NCBI GenBank assembly: GCA_016295615.1 | Contig: JAEDKW010000001.1 | Location: 1 to 53,262, forward strand | Direction: 5' to 3' | From: Oscillospiraceae bacterium | GTDB lineage: Bacteria > Bacillota > Clostridia > Oscillospirales > Oscillospiraceae | DNA: 53,262 bases | Part shown: one piece after another, positions 47,263 through 53,262 of the stretch | How positions within the stretch are numbered: position 1 is the stretch's first letter | Layout of the letters: each line of letters begins with the position of its first letter | The notes under the pieces: generated by a model | Databases searched by the model: none | The model's input: only the letters and a program-made list of their open reading frames with translations | Told to the model about the DNA's origin: nothing | Made by a program: the position numbers and the translations under genes

Positions 47263-49002
47263 TTACTTATTGAAGCTGTCCTTGAGGGAAACGCTGCGGT
47301 TGAAGACGAGCTTTTCCGCCGTGCAGTCCTTGTTGTCGAGGCAGAAATAGCCAAGACGCATGAACTGGAAGCTCGGCGCGGTCTTGCCCTTCTTTTCAGA
47401 TGCGGCATAAGCCTGCGCAATGTCCTTCATGCGCGCTTCGACCTTGCAGCCGGTGAGAACTTCAAGAGAATTCGGGTTCAGGCAGTCAAGGAAGTTCTTG
47501 TCGGGACCGTCGGGCGCGGCGTCGGCAAAGAGGTAGTCATAAAGGCGTACCTCCGCATCAAGCGCGGTGGCGGCATCGACCCAGTGAAGCGTGGCGCCCT
47601 TGACCTTGCGTCCGTCGGCAGGATCGCCGCCGCGGCTGTCCGGGTCGTAGGTGGCATAGACCTCGGTGACATTGCCGTTTTCATCCTTCCGGCAGCCGGT
47701 GCAGCGAATGAGGTAGGCGCCCTTCAAACGGCACTCGGGACCGTCCGGGAACAGGCGCTTGTACTTCGGCGCAGGGACTTCCATGAAGTCGTCCGCCTCG
47801 ATCCAGCACTCGCGGGAGAAGCTGATCTCATGCGTGCCGGAGTTCGGGTCGGTCGGGTTGTTCTCGACCTCGAAGATCTCGCTTTTGCCCTCGGGATAGT
47901 TTGTGATCACGAGCTTGACAGGGTGCAGCACACCCATCGTGCGCTCGGCATTGGCGTTGAGATCCTCGCGCAGGCAATGCTCGAGGAACCCGTACTCGAT
48001 GGTGCTCGGAGCCTTGGCAACGCCGATGCGCTCGCAGAAATTGCGGATGGAAAACGGCGTGAAGCCGCGGCGGCGGAGACCGCACAGCGTCGGCATGCGC
48101 GGATCATCCCAGCCGGAGACATAGTGCTGCTCCACAAGCTGGCGCAGCTTGCGCTTGGACATGACGGTATAGTTGATGCCAAGGCGCGCAAACTCGATCT
48201 GGCGCGGCTTATGGTACGGAATGGAAACATTGTTCACGACCCAGTCGTAGAGCGGGCGGTGCTCCTCATACTCCAAAGAGCACAAAGAGTGCGTGATGCC
48301 CTCCAGCGCGTCCTGAATGGGGTGGGCAAAATCGTACATCGGGAAAATGCACCACTTCGTGCCCTGACGGTGATGGTTGATATAGCGGATACGGTAGAAC
48401 ACCGGGTCGCGCATATTGAAATTGCCGGAGGCAAGGTCGATCTTGGCGCGCAGCGTGCGGCTGCCCTCGGGGAACTCGCCGTTTTTCATGCGCTCAAAGA
48501 GGTCGAGGTTTTCCTCGATGCTCCTGTCACGATACGGAGAAACGGCGGGCTTGCCGATATCGCCGCGGTACTCCTTAAACTGCTCGGGCGTCAGGTCACA
48601 GACATAAGCAAGACCTTTTTTGATCAGCTCCACCGCATACTCGTAGTCTTTTTCAAAATAATCGCTGCCGTAATAGAAGCGGTCGCCCCAGTCGAAGCCG
48701 AGCCAGTGGATATCCTCCTGGATGGCGTCGACGTATTCGGTATCCTCCTTGGCGGGGTTCGTGTCGTCCATGCGCAGATTGCAGATACCGCCGAACTTTT
48801 CAGCCGTACCGAAGTCGATGATCAGCGCCTTGCAATGACCGATATGAAGATAGCCGTTGGGCTCAGGCGGAAAACGGGTATGCACCTGCTTGCCCTCAAA
48901 CTGACCGCCCGGCGCGATATCCTCCTCGATAAACGTATGGATAAAGTTTTTGACCTCAGGCTCAGTCCCCTCGGTGATCGGGCGTTTGGCTTCCTCTGCC
49001 AT
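47263..49002 (-). CDS. glnS: Glutamine--tRNA ligase
   Basis: RFPPEPNGYLHIGH, MSKRK, GWDDPR and FQFMRLGYF motifs. Confidence 0.96.
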   Translation of the reverse strand: MAEEAKRPITEGTEPEVKNFIHTFIEEDIAPGGQFEGKQVHTRFPPEPNGYLHIGHCKALIIDFGTAEKFGGICNLRMDDTNPAKEDTEYVDAIQEDIHWLGFDWGDRFYYGSDYFEKDYEYAVELIKKGLAYVCDLTPEQFKEYRGDIGKPAVSPYRDRSIEENLDLFERMKNGEFPEGSRTLRAKIDLASGNFNMRDPVFYRIRYINHHRQGTKWCIFPMYDFAHPIQDALEGITHSLCSLEYEEHRPLYDWVVNNVSIPYHKPRQIEFARLGINYTVMSKRKLRQLVEQHYVSGWDDPRMPTLCGLRRRGFTPFSIRNFCERIGVAKAPSTIEYGFLEHCLREDLNANAERTMGVLHPVKLVITNYPEGKSEIFEVENNPTDPNSGTHEISFSRECWIEADDFMEVPAPKYKRLFPDGPECRLKGAYLIRCTGCRKDENGNVTEVYATYDPDSRGGDPADGRKVKGATLHWVDAATALDAEVRLYDYLFADAAPDGPDKNFLDCLNPNSLEVLTGCKVEARMKDIAQAYAASEKKGKTAPSFQFMRLGYFCLDNKDCTAEKLVFNRSVSLKDSFNK

Positions 49003-49059
49003 GGTAGTTCCTCCGTTCGTAGATCGCTGCATGGAAATACAGCAAAAAAATTGTAATAA

Positions 49060-49088
49060 ATTATATCGTGTTGTTCCCCGTTTTGCAA
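49060..49088 (-). promoter_or_regulatory. sigmaA promoter of glnS
   Basis: Minus strand TTGCAA-17-TATAAT. Confidence 0.75.
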
Positions 49089-49098
49089 GGATTTTCTC

Positions 49099-49692
49099 TC
49101 ACAGCTCCCGCTCGAGGAAATCCTTTCTCGTGAAGAGGAGATTGAGCACCTCCAAAAGTGCGTTCGCGCTCAGATGTTCGGGAAGCTCCAGCGCTTTGAT
49201 CAGCGCCCTGCGCTTTTCCGCGCTGCCGTCGCCGACGAGCCCCTTTTCCATCAGGTCAGCCTTCGTGATAGGCTCTCCCCTGCTTTCGCTTTTCTCGCCC
49301 CGGAAACTCGCCCCGGCGCGGCGCAGCGCATCCAGAAGCACCTCCGGACGCATCCCCTCGACGCCGAGCTTTCCCTCTTTGCCGCCGGTCCTCTTGCGCT
49401 TCTCCCTGCCGTAAATATCCGGCGCATAGGCCTGCAGCACCCTGCCCTGCGCGATCTCGCCTTTGAGCCGGTTGCGGATCAGAAAGCCCGCTCCGTCGGG
49501 ATCCGTGAAAAGGATGATCCCTCTCTCCTTTGCGAGCCTGCGCAATAGCGACAGCTTCTGCTTATCGTTGAACACGGCAAAGCCGCCAAGCTCGATGATC
49601 GCCGCGTCAACGACCTGAGAAAGGGTATTTTTGTCATAGCGGCCCTCAACGACGATGACCTCTTCGATCCTTGGCTTTTCCACACTGCTCAC
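49099..49692 (-). CDS. rnmV: Ribonuclease M5 (TOPRIM + DUF4093)
   Basis: IVVEGRYD, FTDPDGAG..IR and LGVE motifs. Confidence 0.85.
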   Translation of the reverse strand: MSSVEKPRIEEVIVVEGRYDKNTLSQVVDAAIIELGGFAVFNDKQKLSLLRRLAKERGIILFTDPDGAGFLIRNRLKGEIAQGRVLQAYAPDIYGREKRKRTGGKEGKLGVEGMRPEVLLDALRRAGASFRGEKSESRGEPITKADLMEKGLVGDGSAEKRRALIKALELPEHLSANALLEVLNLLFTRKDFLEREL

Positions 49693-50732
49693 TTCCTTTG
49701 GGCAAGCTGCATCAGCAGCAGCTTGAGCTCGCCCTCATTGTCGATGCCTTTTTCGCTTTTCATGCGCCTGTCAAGCTTCTGGCAAAGCTTCAGACTCTCC
49801 GCGCACCATTCCTTCGTGGTCTTTTTCGCCGCGTCCAGCAGCAGCCGCGCAGGATAGTCGGAGCGCATCCCCCAAAGCTCCATCAGCCAAAGCTTGTCCT
49901 TGCCGCTCTCGAGCGCAAGCCGCGCGGTGTAAATCTTCCGCAGCTCCCTGCCGATAACGGAGAGGATCATAAACGGCTCCTCCTGCTTTTTGAGAAGCTG
50001 ACCCAGCAGCTCGCTCGCGCGGTCATAATCGCCTTTGGTAACGGCGTTGGTCATATCGAACACCACCGCATCGAGGATCGGATCCGCCACGGCGTTGATA
50101 TCGTCGATCGTTACGCGCCTGCCCCTGGCATAGGCGCCGATCTTCCCGATCTCCGGCACAAGAGCGGTCATCAGACCGCCGCAGGTGAAGATCAAATGCT
50201 CCGCCGCCTGTACGTCGATCTCGCGGTCGAGCGCGCGGAAGCGGCGCATGATCCAGCTGATGAGATCGCTCTTGTCCTGCGCCGCGAATTTGACCTCCGT
50301 CGCGATCCTGCTCAGCGCCTCGTATAGCTTTTTGTAGGTCTTGTTCGGCTTATACTCGAGTTGATCGTAGACAAACACCAGACAGCAGTATTCGGGAAAA
50401 TCCTCCAGCAGGGTCAAAAGCGCCGTCCGCTGCTCGTCGTTGAGCTTGTAGAGGTCGCAGTCCGTCACGACAACGAGCGTGCGCTCCGCCATCATCGGCA
50501 TCGCTTCGATCGCGTCGGTCAAATCCTGCATGCTCAGTCCCCTGCCGGCGAGGGTGTGGAGGTTGAACTCCTCAAACCCCTCGGGAACGAGCTTCTTTTT
50601 CAGCTCGCCCAGGTAGTATTCGCGCAGATAGCTCTCCTCGCCGTAGAAGATATATATTTGCCCGACTGTTTCCTCTTTCAGATCGGTCTTGAGCTTCTGG
50701 TAACCGCTGTCCGGTCGTTTTTTCTCTGCCAT
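49689..50732 (-). CDS. holA: DNA polymerase III delta subunit
   Basis: YIFYGEESYL, FN and PMMAERTLV motifs. Follows comEC. Confidence 0.9.
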   Translation of the reverse strand: MAEKKRPDSGYQKLKTDLKEETVGQIYIFYGEESYLREYYLGELKKKLVPEGFEEFNLHTLAGRGLSMQDLTDAIEAMPMMAERTLVVVTDCDLYKLNDEQRTALLTLLEDFPEYCCLVFVYDQLEYKPNKTYKKLYEALSRIATEVKFAAQDKSDLISWIMRRFRALDREIDVQAAEHLIFTCGGLMTALVPEIGKIGAYARGRRVTIDDINAVADPILDAVVFDMTNAVTKGDYDRASELLGQLLKKQEEPFMILSVIGRELRKIYTARLALESGKDKLWLMELWGMRSDYPARLLLDAAKKTTKEWCAESLKLCQKLDRRMKSEKGIDNEGELKLLLMQLAQRK

Positions 50733-50741
50733 AGTGATTCC

Positions 50742-52982
50742 TCAATTCACGGTAATGTGTATGTTTCCCTGTAGATCCGTTCGATAGACGCTAATGTCTT
50801 CGTCACTGAGCCGGTACAGCGCCGCGTCAGTCGGGTGTCCGTAGCTGTTGGAGCCGACGCTGATGACGGCGATCTCCGGCGTGACTGCCTCGAGAAGCTC
50901 CGTGCTCGTTGCGTACCGGGAGCCGTGATGTCCGACCATGAGCATCTCGATATCCGGCAGGTCATAGCTGTCGATGAGCAGCGTCTCGGTGTCGCTGTCC
51001 ATATCGCCGGTGAGCAGCACATCGAACGTTCCGGCGGTACAGAGAACGGTCAGCCCCTCCTCGTTCGTGCTGCCTTTGCCAAGCGGCGGGTAGACCGTCA
51101 GCGCAGCTTCGCCGAAGGAAAGCCGCTGCGTTTCGGAAACGGAAAGAACATGGATGCGGTACTTTGCGGCAAGCTGTAAAATCTCGTGTTTCTGATCCGA
51201 CGCATCCTCCGTGTCCGGGAGCACCAGGGTATCGACCGCCATGCGGGACAAGAGCGTCTCTACGCCGTTGATATGGTCGGCGTGATAGTGCGACAAAATC
51301 AGATAATCCAGCTCCTGCTCCCCCGCGCTTTGCAGATAGTCCGCCGCCGCGTCTCCGGCGGAAACGAAGGTGTTGCTGCTGCCGCAGTCGACCAGCGCCG
51401 TTTTTCCGTCCGAATGGAGCACAACGCTCTGTCCCTGCCCCACGTCGAGCGCAACAACATGCAGCGAGCCGTCCGCAAACGGCAGCGTGCCCAAATAGAC
51501 CGTCAGCACAAGCGCTGCCGCCGACAGCACGGACGCAGCGAGGTAGCGCCGCTTCCCCTTTTTCGCAGCATAGCATGCGCCGAACATGGCGTAGACATAG
51601 AAAAGCCAGTACTTCAAATAGTCGTTGGAGAAGTAAAGGGCATGATACGGCAGCTTTGTCAGAAGCTTCGACACCGTCAGGATATAAAGCGCACCGAGGT
51701 GCGGAAGATACGCGAGCAGCTGTGCAAGCGGCAGGAAAAGAAAGCCGAGCAGCGTACAGGCAAAGCCGAGGGCAAACGTCGCACTCGCCGCCCAAATGCA
51801 AAGGAGATTGCTGATCGGCGAAATGAGCACGAAGGAATTGAAGTAATACGCGTTGAGCGGGAGCGTAAAGACCAGCGCGCCGGCCGTTGCGGCAAAGGAG
51901 GCAAGCACGAACCGCAAAGCCTTGCGCTTCGTATGAATGGCGGCGTACAGCTTCGGTGTGAGCCAGAGAATACCGGCCATCGCGCCGAACGAGAGCTGCA
52001 GGCTGACACTTGCCGCCGCAAAGGGATTTTGCAGCAGGATCAAAAAAAGCGCGAAGGAAAGCGACGTCGGCGCATCGCTCTCACGCTCGAAAAGCGGCGC
52101 GAGCAGCACCAATATGAGCATCACACAGGCGCGGACAACGGACGGCGACGCGCCGACCATGAGCGCATAAAAGCACAGTACGGGGATCGCGATCGCGGAA
52201 AGCAGCTTTCTGCGGTGCGCGCCGATCAAAAATTTCAGCAGCGACAGCAAAAACGCGCAGTGCAGACCGGAAACGGCGGTAATGTGATAGATGCCCGCTT
52301 CGCTGAGATAGACTTCGTCCTCTTCGCAAAAGCCGCTCCGGTCCCCAAGCAGGATCGCGCGCAGGAACGGCTCCGTCCGCTCCGGGAAAACCGAAGAAAT
52401 GACATGCTTCGTCCGATGCGCCAGCTCCTGCGGGAAATAATGCCACGCCGCGCCGGTTTCTTCGCGGCAGGTTTCCTCCCCGCGGTTGTAAAGCAGCAGA
52501 TAGCAGCCCCTTGCGGTAAAGGTCGTGACGTCGCTTTCGTTGATCCTTGATGCGTCATTGCAGTAAACGGAAACCGTCACGCGCTGCCCGGGCACATACG
52601 CAAGCAGCGATTCCGTACCGTAGTAGATCGCCTTGCCGTGCAGTCCGCGTCCGAGAATGCGGACTTCCGCCTTTGCGCCCTGCGCCGTCTCCTGCGCGTA
52701 ATCGCACAGCTCCAGCGTCATGGTCTCGACCGTTCCGGAAAGCGCCTGATTCGGCGCCTGCACCAGCGCGGCATAAGCGGTATTGTAAACAAGCGACAGC
52801 GCGAGCGACGACAAAATGAGCACCGCGCGCAGACGCTTCTTCTCTTTGAGCGCAAGCTGCGCCGCAAGCGCCAGCACGCCGCAAACTGCCGCCAGCGGCA
52901 GCAGCCATTGCTGCGGCAGAACATACTGCGCTGCAAAAATGCCTGCGGAAAATGCAAGGCAGACCGTTGCCAGCGTTCTCAT
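50742..52982 (-). CDS. comEC: DNA uptake channel ComEC/Rec2
   Basis: HITAVSGLH, SLQLSF, DVGQG, SHYHADH, GHHGS and YGHP motifs. Confidence 0.94.
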   Translation of the reverse strand: MRTLATVCLAFSAGIFAAQYVLPQQWLLPLAAVCGVLALAAQLALKEKKRLRAVLILSSLALSLVYNTAYAALVQAPNQALSGTVETMTLELCDYAQETAQGAKAEVRILGRGLHGKAIYYGTESLLAYVPGQRVTVSVYCNDASRINESDVTTFTARGCYLLLYNRGEETCREETGAAWHYFPQELAHRTKHVISSVFPERTEPFLRAILLGDRSGFCEEDEVYLSEAGIYHITAVSGLHCAFLLSLLKFLIGAHRRKLLSAIAIPVLCFYALMVGASPSVVRACVMLILVLLAPLFERESDAPTSLSFALFLILLQNPFAAASVSLQLSFGAMAGILWLTPKLYAAIHTKRKALRFVLASFAATAGALVFTLPLNAYYFNSFVLISPISNLLCIWAASATFALGFACTLLGFLFLPLAQLLAYLPHLGALYILTVSKLLTKLPYHALYFSNDYLKYWLFYVYAMFGACYAAKKGKRRYLAASVLSAAALVLTVYLGTLPFADGSLHVVALDVGQGQSVVLHSDGKTALVDCGSSNTFVSAGDAAADYLQSAGEQELDYLILSHYHADHINGVETLLSRMAVDTLVLPDTEDASDQKHEILQLAAKYRIHVLSVSETQRLSFGEAALTVYPPLGKGSTNEEGLTVLCTAGTFDVLLTGDMDSDTETLLIDSYDLPDIEMLMVGHHGSRYATSTELLEAVTPEIAVISVGSNSYGHPTDAALYRLSDEDISVYRTDLQGNIHITVN

Positions 52983-53185
52983 TTGGCGGCAGGGTCATCG
53001 GTCAGACCGAGAAGGTAGTCGGTGCTGACATGATAATAGCCGGCAAGCTTTACGATCACCCATACCGGCGTCTCGCGCTCACCGCTCTCATAGCGGCGAT
53101 AAACGCTGCGGTGCATATTGAGAACATCTGCAATTTCCTGCTGTGTCTTATCATGATCTTCCCGCAAATCGCGGATACGTTTCAT
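52979..53185 (-). CDS. Small XRE-family HTH regulator
   Basis: RIRDLRED..TQQEIA..YESG...VSTDYLLG motif. Stop overlaps the comEC ATG (ATGA). Confidence 0.85.
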   Translation of the reverse strand: MKRIRDLREDHDKTQQEIADVLNMHRSVYRRYESGERETPVWVIVKLAGYYHVSTDYLLGLTDDPAAK

Positions 53186-53208
53186 TTCCACATAAATCAC
53201 CCGAGATG

Positions 53209-53259
53209 ATGCTACCATTCGGCAACATTATTTTGAAGAATTGTTCCCATTCGGAGCCA
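53209..53259 (-). promoter_or_regulatory. Promoter of XRE-comEC with two imperfect 18-bp operator-like repeats
   Basis: Minus strand TTCAAA-17-TAGCAT. Repeats tgctaccattcggcaaca (53210-53227) and tgttcccattcggagcca (53242-53259) are 13/18 identical. Confidence 0.5.
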
Positions 53260-53262
53260 TTG

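Noticed and set aside
47023..49056. 677-aa antisense ORF over glnS
   Set aside because: Shadow ORF that also crosses two terminators.
49003..49060. T-box leader for glnS
   Set aside because: The leader from the predicted promoter is only about 50 nt and has no T-box motif.

Overview
GC-rich chromosomal backbone of a spore-forming Clostridia bacterium, most likely Oscillospiraceae (inferred from gene content and order). It holds about 57 CDS, almost all on the minus strand. I see no rRNA, tRNA, CRISPR array, prophage or IS. In order: a Xer-type tyrosine recombinase; an Amidase_6 protein; cadA/cadC; split transketolase, fba and PPi-type pfk; spoIVA, a SipL-like gene, spoVM and a 50-aa membrane ORF (the last two are absent from the ORF track); rsgA-prkC-prpC-rlmN-rsmB-fmt-def-priA-rpoZ-gmk-remA-yicC; a J-domain gene, DUF5685, rseC, cdaR and cdaA; a desulfurase with DUF3343; ispF-ispD-carD; butyryl-CoA:acetate CoA-transferase; the ispH-rpsA fusion through scpAB; tsf-rpsB; ylmC and sigG; glnS; rnmV-holA-comEC-XRE. 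Best leads: (1) a perfectly symmetric 11-6-11 dif-like site upstream of a lone Xer recombinase, with one arm repeated at its stop codon; (2) a promoter and RBS hidden inside the ispH-rpsA fusion; (3) a coupled DUF5685/J-domain pair with isoprenoid-synthase-like motifs; (4) a microprotein-spoVM-sipL-spoIVA coat cluster; (5) a candidate sedoheptulose-bisphosphate pathway cluster. All family calls come from motif recognition by eye; no database search was run.
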